Positions 8,713 through 17,781 of a DNA stretch of 64,000 nt are shown here, one piece after another. The position numbers were made by a program, and so were the translations under genes. This DNA comes from an uncultured virus (IMG/VR IMGVR_UViG_3300008261_000010) (Duplodnaviria > Heunggongvirae > Uroviricota > Caudoviricetes): IMG/VR virus record IMGVR_UViG_3300008261_000010, one strand, 5' to 3'. The notes below the pieces were generated by a model. The model was not told the DNA's origin and did no database searches. It saw nothing but the letters and a program-made list of their open reading frames with translations. Position 1 is the first letter of the stretch, and each line of letters opens with the position of its first letter.

Positions 8713-9333
8713 TCACCAGCGATAGTCGTAAGGCTGCTTCATGGTGACCTTGTAGGCCTCGGCCCAATCGTCTTCCCCGCTGTATTCATTGAAGACAACC
8801 CGACCGATCGGCGAGAAGGCGACATGGAACTTACTCAAACCAGCATGAAAGCCGTAGGAGTCATCAGCTGGGGGCAGGTAGAGAACGGCGGACCAGTCCG
8901 AGGGTGCGACATTGCGGAAGCGCTCCAATTCGTCATCCCAGTAACAAGGCCGCAGCCGCCTGTAGGGAATGCAGATCGGGAAGTCCCACAGCCATGGCAT
9001 GCGTATGATCGACTCGTTATGGCCAATCCAGGCGATTGCATGGGAAATGCGGCCTGCCCTGTATTCGCGCAGGAGTTTGTTGAGCAAACGCCGCGTTGCA
9101 CCGGCTCCCACGGGGACACCGACAAAGGCACGCTTCTCGCCAGGCGCGTCCCAGTGGCAGGCCAGCACATCTTCGATGCTTTCAAGGTCGCGATCATGGA
9201 TGCGCGATGCCATGACCACCCGATTGATGATTGGCGTGGAGTAGGGATCGAAGTCGATGGCACCCAGCACGGAGCGCGCCGGCAGGATGATGTCCTGAGG
9301 CGGAGCAAGATCAAGCCGGCTGAATTCACTCAT
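8713..9333 (-). CDS. Phage DNA N6-adenine methyltransferase-like protein with degenerate catalytic motif
   Basis: ARSVLGAIDFDPYS (motif I, cf. GGIDLDPAS), KLLREYRAGRI, WDFPICIP; the expected NPPY reads GVPV. Confidence 0.6.
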   Translation of the reverse strand: MSEFSRLDLAPPQDIILPARSVLGAIDFDPYSTPIINRVVMASRIHDRDLESIEDVLACHWDAPGEKRAFVGVPVGAGATRRLLNKLLREYRAGRISHAIAWIGHNESIIRMPWLWDFPICIPYRRLRPCYWDDELERFRNVAPSDWSAVLYLPPADDSYGFHAGLSKFHVAFSPIGRVVFNEYSGEDDWAEAYKVTMKQPYDYRW

Positions 9334-9336
9334 GGC

Positions 9337-9462
9337 TCATAGCAAGACAACCTTGGTGGCGGTCAGCCAAAGGATGGAAGCGATCAGCAGTGCCAGTGGC
9401 ATGGGGAAGCCGACGCAATAGAAGACGATCGCTGCGCTGACCACGCAGAGCAAAGCGGTCAT
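9337..9462 (-). CDS. 41-aa hydrophobic membrane peptide (not in ORF track)
   Basis: Read manually: MTALLCVVSAAIVFYCVGFPMPLALLIASILWLTATKVVLL*; fits the gap between neighbours. Confidence 0.55.
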   Translation of the reverse strand: MTALLCVVSAAIVFYCVGFPMPLALLIASILWLTATKVVLL

Positions 9463-9488
9463 CGCCCGCTGCTTGGCAGGGAAGGACT

Positions 9489-9932
9489 TCAAGCTGCGAA
9501 TTCCTCGAGCAAAGCTTCCACCGAGCGGGCGGGGTAATCGCGATCAATCGGGAAGAGTTGGATGCTGCTGTTATCGACCATCAGCACAAGCCCTGCTTTC
9601 TCAGGGTTGATGCGCTGGATCTCCTCGATCATGGTGCGCATCGACTCTTCAATGCCGCTATCCCCGCTGGCTCTGGCCTGCTGCTGATCAGCGCGAAGAT
9701 CGGCGACCGAGAGGTAGGCGCTTTCACCGGCGCCTTGGTGCAAGCGAACACACAGCGCTCCGGGGCCGTGGGTGACCAGGCCTTTGTCATAAAGGCGCAG
9801 GAGGTCAGCGAGCACCACCTCGCAAGCAAGCGTGTTGTACGCGATGGCTTGCTCTTTATCGGCCTTGCTTGTCTTCTCCTTGATTTCAGGGAAGAAACGC
9901 GAGAGCAATTCGATCTTGGACGGGCGTGGCAT
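9489..9932 (-). CDS. Hypothetical protein
   Basis: 147-aa ORF directly downstream of thyX. Confidence 0.6.
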   Translation of the reverse strand: MPRPSKIELLSRFFPEIKEKTSKADKEQAIAYNTLACEVVLADLLRLYDKGLVTHGPGALCVRLHQGAGESAYLSVADLRADQQQARASGDSGIEESMRTMIEEIQRINPEKAGLVLMVDNSSIQLFPIDRDYPARSVEALLEEFAA

Positions 9933-9935
9933 TGA

Positions 9936-10649
9936 TCAGGGCGCGAGGAGGGCTTTGCTGCGGCGGTTCTCGGAGTACCAGCCGTAGATCTCAGGCACCC
10001 AGCGCTGCACCTGAGCGGCGATCAACTCCATCAGGCAACGGATTTCGTATTGAGCATCTCCTTTAAGGCGCACATCGAGCAGGTGCAACCAGGCGCGGAG
10101 GTTGGCTGAGACGATGGCGTTCTGGTAGTAATTGGTGATCAGAACACCACGAGCGTGCTCTTCAGACACGCCGCGCTCCCGCAAGCGGGCGTAATCGATG
10201 GCAGAGGATAAAGACATCGCAAGCGATTCCTCGACGTCCTCTTCGGTCCACTCATAGGGGTCGCCCTGGCGATCGCGGTACTTGCCCGGCGGACGCACAT
10301 AAAAGACGTCCTCAATCGGGGTCTCGCCGACGGCGACGCTTTCAATCCGCCTGCCGGAGTAGCGCATCGATTGAACATCGAAGGAGCAGCCGACGCGGTG
10401 GGTGCGCAGCTGCATCAAGGTGTTGTGATCAGCCTTCAGTGCCAGCGTGAGCTGCGGGTGCTCGAGCGGGCCGTAGTGCCCCTTGCCGCCTTTGAGCAAA
10501 CGCTCCACAGCGATGACACCGCAGCGATCTTCAGCAAGCGAGGTCGAGGCGACGAAGTCCTCTGAGTAGTCGTTATGCAGGGCGATGTAGATGAGCTGCT
10601 GCGGACACTCGGTCGCGGCAACGCGTTCGACCTTGAAGTCGGGCTGCAA
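9936..10649 (-). CDS. thyX: FAD-dependent thymidylate synthase
   Basis: GHYGPLEH, QLRTHRVGCSFDVQSMRY (ThyX signature, cyanobacterial type), EEHARGVL, NLRAWLH, AQYEIR. Confidence 0.95.
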   Translation of the reverse strand: MQPDFKVERVAATECPQQLIYIALHNDYSEDFVASTSLAEDRCGVIAVERLLKGGKGHYGPLEHPQLTLALKADHNTLMQLRTHRVGCSFDVQSMRYSGRRIESVAVGETPIEDVFYVRPPGKYRDRQGDPYEWTEEDVEESLAMSLSSAIDYARLRERGVSEEHARGVLITNYYQNAIVSANLRAWLHLLDVRLKGDAQYEIRCLMELIAAQVQRWVPEIYGWYSENRRSKALLAP

Positions 10650-10707
10650 GGGTGGGGCCGGAAACTGCTGGCAGCCTAAGGATCAGTCTTGCAGAGTGCA
10701 ACCCCTA

Positions 10708-11541
10708 TCAGGCAAGGCGTTTTTCGAGCCAGCGATAAAGGCCCTGCTTATTGGTCGCCTTCTTGGGGAAGACCTTGTCGTAGGTTGGCAGTTTCAAGTC
10801 ATCGGGCAGGTTATCGAGAGCGCTGCTGGCGCCAAAGCGAATCTCTTGCGCCGTCAAATTGGCATTCGCCGTGAGCTCAGGAATGAAGCGCTGTTCGTAA
10901 TCCGCAACACCGTCCACGCCGGCGTTGTAAATGTTTTGATGCAGGTAGGGACCAGGCACGGTCAGATCCAGGCCACTGCCTTGGCTCTTGTAGGCACCAG
11001 CGCGATCGAAGGCTTCGCGGGCTTTGGTGAGATCAACAGGGACTTCGGCCGGAGTTGTATTGCTCGCTCCAGGGGATGCCGGCGCCGCCTCTGCGCTCTG
11101 AGGCGGCTTAACCATCCAGCGGGGCAGGACCGTGATGTCGTAGCGAGTCGATCCTGGCGTTGAACTCAAGCCACCATTGTGCGAACGGGAGGAGGTGCCA
11201 GGAATCTCAATCTCTGTCGCACCCATGTAAACATCGCCCTTCCCCAGTTCCGCGCCGCGAAGACCGGCGATATTGGCGGCGGAGCCACGACCAAAGCGCT
11301 CATCGAGCTTGTCGTGCGTGCTGAGCGAGCCGAAGGTCAGCGGCAAAGTGCTGCGGCCGTCGGAGTATTTGCCGTCGTTGTATTTATTGACCACCTGAGC
11401 ACTAAGCCCCCGCCCTGCTGCGAGGTGGCGAGCCAGCACTCTGTTGACATCAGGGTCCTTGCCGCGCTTCTCCTGGCGGGCGAGGGCTCGCTGCACACGC
11501 TTATCCCCGACAACTGGGTTTGCGGGGGCTGCGTAAGACAT
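10708..11541 (-). CDS. Hypothetical protein
   Basis: Long ORF; likely start MSYAAP at 11541. Confidence 0.6.
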   Translation of the reverse strand: MSYAAPANPVVGDKRVQRALARQEKRGKDPDVNRVLARHLAAGRGLSAQVVNKYNDGKYSDGRSTLPLTFGSLSTHDKLDERFGRGSAANIAGLRGAELGKGDVYMGATEIEIPGTSSRSHNGGLSSTPGSTRYDITVLPRWMVKPPQSAEAAPASPGASNTTPAEVPVDLTKAREAFDRAGAYKSQGSGLDLTVPGPYLHQNIYNAGVDGVADYEQRFIPELTANANLTAQEIRFGASSALDNLPDDLKLPTYDKVFPKKATNKQGLYRWLEKRLA

Positions 11542-11589
11542 ATCCAGGGTTGATCGCGATACATCCCATGATAAGGAGCTCAAGAAGAG

Positions 11590-12297
11590 CTATTCATCGA
11601 GTTCAAAGTCGTCAGGCTCGTGATCACTACCCGTGAAGGCCGCAATCTCTTCTGCGGTGACGGGCCCGTCCTGACGCATGCGGAATTCAATCCACAGTTG
11701 ATTGGTCGCCTCGAGCTTGAGGAAGCGCTTGGGGTCGCGCTCTTGCGTGGTCTTAAGAAAGAGCGTGGTTTCGTGGTTGAGCTTGTGGGTGCTGAACTCC
11801 AGGTCAATGGTCTGCAGCCGCCGGTTGTGGTAGTAGTGCGGCACGCCCTGGACGCGGATGTGCAGGGGATTGCAGCAGTTGTTATCACCGCAGAGGTGCT
11901 TGATCGGTAGCCGGCCAATGTCACCCCAGGTGAACCAGGTGGCGATACGCGGTGCGGCGAATTGATGGCTGCGGTGCCAGTGGCGAGGCAGGCGAAAGAC
12001 CGTTGAGTTGGAGCGGCAGTGCATGGCCCCGCGCCAGGGCCAACAATCCTCGGGTTCGTTGATCTCAACAAACGACCAGAACTCCAGGAAGCGCCGGCGA
12101 TGCTTCTTATGGATCTTGTGCACATCAAGGGTCAATCGACCCTCGGTCAATGACGAGATGCAGCGCACGCAGGCGTGGCTGTCGGTGTAACGCGGCACGC
12201 GGCCATCTTTGCTGCCGATGCTGTGTTCATGGAAGAAGCACAGCGGTCCACCGATGATTTCGGAATGGAGATCCGGCGGTAGAGGCCAGCGCGCCAC
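11590..12297 (-). CDS. HNH (His-Me finger, HNH_3-like) endonuclease
   Basis: DCWPWRG...APRIATW...HLCGDNNCCNPLHI. Confidence 0.75.
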   Translation of the reverse strand: MARWPLPPDLHSEIIGGPLCFFHEHSIGSKDGRVPRYTDSHACVRCISSLTEGRLTLDVHKIHKKHRRRFLEFWSFVEINEPEDCWPWRGAMHCRSNSTVFRLPRHWHRSHQFAAPRIATWFTWGDIGRLPIKHLCGDNNCCNPLHIRVQGVPHYYHNRRLQTIDLEFSTHKLNHETTLFLKTTQERDPKRFLKLEATNQLWIEFRMRQDGPVTAEEIAAFTGSDHEPDDFELDE

Positions 12298-12324
12298 AGG
12301 GATTGATCGGCTATGTGGAATGTA

Positions 12325-12591
12325 TCAATCGACAACCTTCTCGATACGGCAACTGGCGTGCACCGATGGGGTGTTGAGGTGATCCCACTGAACGTGGATG
12401 TACTTGCAAGCACTGCCGCGGATGCTGCGCTTGACCTCCATGCCGACGACGATGCCGTAGCGGCGTGAACCGAGGATGCTGCTCACCTGCTTGAAGCTGG
12501 GCGAGCTAGGTGTAACGACGTGATCTGCGACGCGGTCACGCTCACGCACGCGATCGCCGATGGCCAGTGGAGTGGGTTTGGGTTTGCTCAT
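12325..12591 (-). CDS. Hypothetical small beta-barrel (SH3-like) protein
   Basis: IGDRVRE...GIVVG...IHVQWD. Confidence 0.5.
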   Translation of the reverse strand: MSKPKPTPLAIGDRVRERDRVADHVVTPSSPSFKQVSSILGSRRYGIVVGMEVKRSIRGSACKYIHVQWDHLNTPSVHASCRIEKVVD

Positions 12592-12860
12592 TGAACGCGA
12601 AGTGGATAACCCGGGGCCGCTTGAAAGCGACCACCGAGAGCAGGGAACTGTTCTTTGGTGGGACGCACATCAATCCAGTGCTCGGGCCAGAGCTCATTGC
12701 GCGTGCTTCCTTCGATGACAACGGGCACCAAAGAGAAGCGCGTACCCATGACCTCGGACTTACCGATCACGAAGCCGGGCCGGCCATCGAGGCGATTGAC
12801 GACCCTGAGGCCGACCAGCAGGGACTTCATTGCGACTGAGTTGCGCGCCATGTCTTGCAT
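12588..12860 (-). CDS. Hypothetical protein
   Basis: ORF with ATGA coupling to downstream gene. Confidence 0.5.
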   Translation of the reverse strand: MQDMARNSVAMKSLLVGLRVVNRLDGRPGFVIGKSEVMGTRFSLVPVVIEGSTRNELWPEHWIDVRPTKEQFPALGGRFQAAPGYPLRVQ

Positions 12861-12884
12861 TCTGCGCGCTGAGTGTAGATCGGT

Positions 12885-13424
12885 TTAAGCGATCGTCAAC
12901 GGATCAGGTAGCTGATCCTCGTAGCCCTCGAGAGCAGGCTCAATCGGACCGCTCATCGGGATGGCGGCAACGGCAACGCCGGCCTCGATGAACATGAGCT
13001 TGGCGGTCTCAAACGACTCCTGCCAGCGCAGGGGCATCACCAGGTTGGGGATGACGACCTTGATGAACCCCGCCTGGATCAATTGAGCCGCGCACTGGCT
13101 ACAGGTCATCAGCGGCCAGACGTAGCAGGTGGCGCCATTGAGGCAAACGCCATGGCGAGCGGCGTAGCAAATGAGGTTGGCCTCGGCGTGCACCGTCATC
13201 TGCAGGCGCAGGTCCCGGTTGCTCAGGCGTGTGATGTCGTCATTGACGTGCATCGGAATGCCGTTGTAGCCGGAGGCGAGGATGCGCCGTTCGCGCACAG
13301 CGACGGCTCCAACCTTGGTGGAGGGGTCTTTGCTCCAGCCCGCGATATTGCGCGCAATCGAGAGGAAGCGCTGATCCCAATGCTGCGGTGCCTTGGGCGG
13401 GCGCATCTCAGGTGGGTTGGACAT
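12885..13424 (-). CDS. dCMP deaminase
   Basis: SKDPSTKVGAV, GYNG, HAEANL, PLMTCSQCA Zn motifs. Confidence 0.92.
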   Translation of the reverse strand: MSNPPEMRPPKAPQHWDQRFLSIARNIAGWSKDPSTKVGAVAVRERRILASGYNGIPMHVNDDITRLSNRDLRLQMTVHAEANLICYAARHGVCLNGATCYVWPLMTCSQCAAQLIQAGFIKVVIPNLVMPLRWQESFETAKLMFIEAGVAVAAIPMSGPIEPALEGYEDQLPDPLTIA

Positions 13425-13483
13425 TTTGTATTCAAGTGGCGGAGTTTTTAGGATGGTGCGAGTAATCCAGCGCGCTGCTGCTG

Positions 13484-13690
13484 ATGATTGAAGTCGGTGC
13501 CGTCATCGGCGTTGCAGCGGTGGGAGCCCTGTGGCGAATGGCCTTTGAGCAGGGATCCATGAAGCGCGGGATGGACGGGATCCTGCATGAACTGCAGATG
13601 TTGCGCAGTGAACTGAGCAAGGACATCCACGAGCTCGAGGTGCGCATTGGCGACCACGAAATGAGACTGCGCGAACTGGAGAAGCGCTAA
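13484..13690 (+). CDS. Small membrane protein with C-terminal coiled coil (holin/hemolysin-like)
   Basis: One N-terminal TM, ...DHEMRLRELEKR; TAGGAT -10-like box at about 13448. Confidence 0.55.
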   Translation: MIEVGAVIGVAAVGALWRMAFEQGSMKRGMDGILHELQMLRSELSKDIHELEVRIGDHEMRLRELEKR

Positions 13691-13769
13691 GTGAGCAGGA
13701 ACCAGATCAGGAAGGTGAGCAACAACGCCAGCACTAGACCTTCCAGTAGAAGGAGAGTTGCGAGGCGGA

Positions 13770-14201
13770 TTACGGCTCGGGTGTCGCGGCGACCGTCCAT
13801 GGTGATCGGATCTCGATAGCGCCGAAGCCGAGCGCTTGCTGAGCGGCGTCATGGGGTGAGGGCGGATGCTCCACCGCAATGGCATTGAGCGCGCTACCCG
13901 GGATGGGCACCACGGCAACCTTGGCGCCTGGGTTTTGTTGCTGGATCAGCTCGGCCGCGGCGGTGAGTTGCTTGAGCTGCGCTTCTGCTTGCCATTGATC
14001 AGCCATGACCTGGGCTTGCTGCTCCACATCGGCCATGGTGGCTTTGATCTGCAGGTCTCTGAGCCAGGGCAGGATCCAGCGCAGGGCGAATGACCAGAGG
14101 GGTTGAGCCCAGCTCGGCAGGGCGCGGGTGAGGTCTTTGAGCTGTTGCTCGAGGCTGAGCTGCCCGCCGAAGCGCCGGTGGAATTGGAAGGAGATGGTCA
14201 T
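13770..14201 (-). CDS. Hypothetical protein
   Basis: 143-aa ORF downstream of DUF3288. Confidence 0.55.
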   Translation of the reverse strand: MTISFQFHRRFGGQLSLEQQLKDLTRALPSWAQPLWSFALRWILPWLRDLQIKATMADVEQQAQVMADQWQAEAQLKQLTAAAELIQQQNPGAKVAVVPIPGSALNAIAVEHPPSPHDAAQQALGFGAIEIRSPWTVAATPEP

Positions 14202-14203
14202 GG

Positions 14204-14497
14204 CTAGCCAGCGGAGACATCAGCGCCCGAGCCCACCTCCATGTCTTCGGCGATGGCAGGGCGCCAGCCGCTGGACCAGAGCTTGCGAGCCCGGCGGTAG
14301 AGCTGATCGGTATCCATGCGCCAGTTGGAGACGGAGCGGGCCAGGTCTTGCTGGATGTCGCGGGCACCAGGGAAGCCGAGGTAGCGCATCATCAAGCGAG
14401 CGCAGTCCGTGATGTCAGCCTCTGTGGGCTGCTGAGCGGCGAGGAGGCGGTCGACGATGGGTCGATCCTGGTCATACATGGGGTGTCTGCGGTCCAT
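14204..14497 (-). CDS. DUF3288 family protein (cyanobacterial)
   Basis: HPMYDQDRPIVDRLL...ARLMMRYLGFPGARDIQQDL. Confidence 0.8.
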   Translation of the reverse strand: MDRRHPMYDQDRPIVDRLLAAQQPTEADITDCARLMMRYLGFPGARDIQQDLARSVSNWRMDTDQLYRRARKLWSSGWRPAIAEDMEVGSGADVSAG

Positions 14498-14569
14498 AGC
14501 TGTGCGCCGTGGCGTGCAGATCGTAGGCCAGGACTGGGTTTTTAGTGCATTTTGCGTGCTGTGTCGCAC

Positions 14570-15010
14570 AGTGACGCGGAGAAGCGGGGTGTGGCTAGAA
14601 GTGCGGATCAGCCGAGAGTGACTGCGGGAGAGGCGATCTCAGCGACCGTTCCGAACGTTCCGCACTTTTTCTTCTCTTTTTATAGATAGGGTTTCTCTTC
14701 TTGGTTCTTTAAGGGGAACCAAACCCTGCACATTGTTCGTTGAGCTTAGCGAATTTGAAGCAAGGCGCCAGCAAGAGAGATGGAGGAGACGTGACCTAGC
14801 TGCCCTTGGTTCCAGAAAATATAGGGAAGCCCCGGAACGCTCGACACACCCAGCAGAAGCATTGCAGCGCAGCGGGTTTCAGTGTTCCGGACCGCCTGGC
14901 ACTGTTCCAAAAACCAAGGACTCACCTGTCTCAGAGTGAGACAAGGCTATGGATGGACAGCGCATTAAAAAAGCCGCCCCAGCAAGGAGCGGCAGAGAGC
15001 GCCTGGTGTC
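14570..15010. other. Putative replication origin region
   Basis: Non-coding stretch right after primase-VapE; T-rich tract 14666-14710; several GTTCC/GGAAC pentamers. Confidence 0.35.
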
Positions 15011-15013
15011 TGC

Positions 15014-17554
15014 TCAATCCAGCGGTGCGTTCTTGAGCCAGACCCGCCTGGGCTCGCCTCCGATGCGCACCCGCTTCATCTCGTAGCCGAGGCCCTTGAG
15101 TGCGTCGCTGATTGGGATCCGGACGTTGTTGTGGCGATCGACAGGGATCTCCAGCCAGTTGAACAGGTCGCTCATCGTGACAAAGCTGCGACCCATGTGA
15201 ACGCCTGAGTGCTGCCTGCTCAGCACCGAGCGAACCCTGAGGTCGAAGGGGTTGTCCGAGCGGAAGTTCTCCTGGTACTCGCGGACCTGCTTGAGCTCGT
15301 CACTGCTGAAGGTGTGAACCGGGTTGTCCTGGTAGGCCATGTAGGCAGCAGCCCAGATCGAGTCGCGGTCTTGCTTTAGGCGATCGAGATCGATGATCAA
15401 GGTGCTGGGGTCATCGGGGCTTTGCACCTTGCCGGTGACGACGATGGGCATGAAGCGGCGGTTGCCGGTGGGGTCCACGAAGAAGTCATCGCTGTTGGTG
15501 GCACCGCAGAGCACGAAGGCCCGCTTGAAGTTCCGCTCGTTTTCGTACTTGCGAGCTGAGCGGTCCACGGAGACGGAGACCAGGTTCTTGAGTTCCTCGA
15601 CGTAACCCCGCTGGAAGTAGCGCTCGGTCTCATCGAGGATCACGAACCAGCCGGCATGGAGCATGTGCGGCTTTTCCTTGATGGTGCGGATGCCCTGCTG
15701 AATGGTGGCGGCCCAGGGGTAGACGCCTGGATCCATTGGCGATGGCGGGGTGAGGTACTGCAGGAAGTTGGATTTCCCGCAGTTCTGCGAGCCAATCAGG
15801 ATCGGCATCCAGTCATGGGAGCAGCCCGGCGAGAGGACGCGGGCAACAGCGCCAATGAGGAAGCGCTCGAGGATGACGTCGGCCACCAGGCGCCCTTTCT
15901 CAGGGCCGCGGGTGAAGGTTGGATTCAGCAGCGGATCATCCTTCAGGCCGAGGAGTTCGCTGGCCAGGGTCTTGAAGTACGGGCATGGTGCAGCGGTGCC
16001 AGCGCAGTGGGTGAGGTAGGCCTGCACGGGGTGGACGCGGTTCTCCCAGGCGGTGATGCCTGCGATATCGATCACCGTGGTCTTGGGGAAAACGGTGCCG
16101 GTGCCGAGACTGATGCGGCAGTAGGCGGTGGTGATGTCTTCCACCAGGCGGGGAGCATCGAGCGGGCCGTACTCGAGCTCCTGGTTCATCAGGTTGCGCC
16201 GCAGCCCGGGGTAGAGGGCATTGAGCCGATCGCGGATGGTGCGGACGGTGTCTTCTGGGACATTGCCTTGACCACGGCGACGGGCGACTTGCGGGACTGG
16301 GCGCTCCGGTTCGCGTTCAGCGGCTGGCACCGTGCCGGGATCAAAGAAGGTGTAGCCCGGATCGTTGTCTTCATCGAAGGGGTTCTCGTCGTCGTCTTCG
16401 TCGTAGTCATCGGCCTCGACGGGGCCCGATGGAGCCGCCCTCAAAGGAGCAGGCGGAGCGATGGTCGCTGTCGTTGCCGCAGCTGGGGCGGCACTAGCGA
16501 CAACAGCCCAGGGACGTTCGGCATCGAAGAGGCCTGGTGTGCTATCGCGGGGTTCGAGTGCCGGTGGGGCGGCATCGGAATCCCAGGAATACGGAGAGTC
16601 GGTGCCGCCATGGAGGAAATCCTCGTGGTCGTAGCCGACAGCGCTATGGGTCTTGGGCGGGCTAAAGGCGCCTTGCCGCAGTTCTTCTGGCAGGGTCTTG
16701 GTCCAGCCGGGGTCCTCCTGCATGGCCAGATAGAACAAGGTCAGCAGGCTGGAGCGGGTATTGCGGAAGGAATAGAAGTAGCGTTCGCTGCCTTGCTTGG
16801 CGCGGTGACCAGAGGTGTGGTGACAGCGTGATGCCCAGTTCTGCCAGGCAGGGAAGAGGGCTTCACCGCCGGAGCAGGCCGCGGCTGTGACCTTGATGAA
16901 GCGATCGCGCTCGCCGTCGGCAGTGGGGCTCAGGACCTGCTCGAGGACGTGGCAAGCCTGGCCGATGGTTTGATCGTCGTAGAGCGAAGCGTCCAGGCGG
17001 TGGCGGGTGGCGACTGCTTCTGCTTGGGCGCGGGCATCTTGGATGATGGATTCCGGCAGCAAAGCCTCAGGGCGCCATAGCGGAACTTGGGCGGTGTCGG
17101 CTCCGTAGAACAGGCGGCAGGGATCAGTGCAGGAGCGATCTCCGCCGAGTGCTGTGGTGAGGATGGTGATCGTGGCCTTATAGAGGTCCGGATCGTCCAT
17201 GCGCCCTGGCAGGCGGAAGATCACCCGATAGCGCGGTGCTTCAGGGCGGTGGCTATGGGTTGTGTAGACAAAGCAGGCGTGCTGAGCGAGGGGGTGCTTG
17301 GCGAAGGCATCGAGGTCAAGGCCGTGATCCACGTCGACGACGGCGAGATCAGCGCAGCGAAAGGCAGCAGAACTGCGGTGCTGCGAACTCATGGCGGCGG
17401 CAACGAAAGCGCCACCACTGGTGACATGGGCGCGGAGCTCGTCCAAGCTGCCCTCGAGGGTCTGCCAGCCTTCTGCGAATTCGGTCTGCCAATGCGGCGG
17501 CTTGTTACGAATGACCGGGTGAATGGCGTAAGCAACGCTTGTAGCGGAAGACAT
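15014..17554 (-). CDS. Primase (PriCT-2-like) fused to VapE/VirE-family P-loop ATPase
   Basis: VVDVD, YTTHSH, RYRVIF, DPCRLFYG (primase); Walker A GSQNCGKS, ILDETE, GATN...DPTGNRRF (VapE). Confidence 0.88.
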   Translation of the reverse strand: MSSATSVAYAIHPVIRNKPPHWQTEFAEGWQTLEGSLDELRAHVTSGGAFVAAAMSSQHRSSAAFRCADLAVVDVDHGLDLDAFAKHPLAQHACFVYTTHSHRPEAPRYRVIFRLPGRMDDPDLYKATITILTTALGGDRSCTDPCRLFYGADTAQVPLWRPEALLPESIIQDARAQAEAVATRHRLDASLYDDQTIGQACHVLEQVLSPTADGERDRFIKVTAAACSGGEALFPAWQNWASRCHHTSGHRAKQGSERYFYSFRNTRSSLLTLFYLAMQEDPGWTKTLPEELRQGAFSPPKTHSAVGYDHEDFLHGGTDSPYSWDSDAAPPALEPRDSTPGLFDAERPWAVVASAAPAAATTATIAPPAPLRAAPSGPVEADDYDEDDDENPFDEDNDPGYTFFDPGTVPAAEREPERPVPQVARRRGQGNVPEDTVRTIRDRLNALYPGLRRNLMNQELEYGPLDAPRLVEDITTAYCRISLGTGTVFPKTTVIDIAGITAWENRVHPVQAYLTHCAGTAAPCPYFKTLASELLGLKDDPLLNPTFTRGPEKGRLVADVILERFLIGAVARVLSPGCSHDWMPILIGSQNCGKSNFLQYLTPPSPMDPGVYPWAATIQQGIRTIKEKPHMLHAGWFVILDETERYFQRGYVEELKNLVSVSVDRSARKYENERNFKRAFVLCGATNSDDFFVDPTGNRRFMPIVVTGKVQSPDDPSTLIIDLDRLKQDRDSIWAAAYMAYQDNPVHTFSSDELKQVREYQENFRSDNPFDLRVRSVLSRQHSGVHMGRSFVTMSDLFNWLEIPVDRHNNVRIPISDALKGLGYEMKRVRIGGEPRRVWLKNAPLD

Positions 17555-17617
17555 GCGAATACCCTGCAGGTTTGCGGTGTGTCTGCAGTGGCGCGCACCC
17601 TAGCGCCCGGTGCAAGT

Positions 17618-17649
17618 CCTGGCACGCACGTTCCAGTGTGCGTGCCAGG
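17618..17649. promoter_or_regulatory. Perfect 12-bp inverted repeat in the divergent primase/HTH intergenic region
   Basis: CCTGGCACGCAC-gttccagt-GTGCGTGCCAGG. Confidence 0.5.
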
Positions 17650-17781
17650 GGTGTGTGCCAAGCGAAAAGCCTGCCTGTAACTGGGTTCTCTCGCTAATGT
17701 GTCGAGGTCTCCTGGATTACGGCACGTTTTGCGTCACACCACTAAGGTGGCTACACCGTGACGAGAGGAGGAGGAGGAGTT

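Noticed and set aside
13770..14201. NblA homolog on the basis of LSLEQQL
   Set aside because: The sequence after the motif is Trp/Pro-rich and does not follow the NblA helical pattern.
15656..16831. Long antisense ORFs (also 27707-28354, 36395-37084, 53302-53976, 53937-54677)
   Set aside because: Shadow frames of GC-rich genes that have clear motifs or operon context on the opposite strand.
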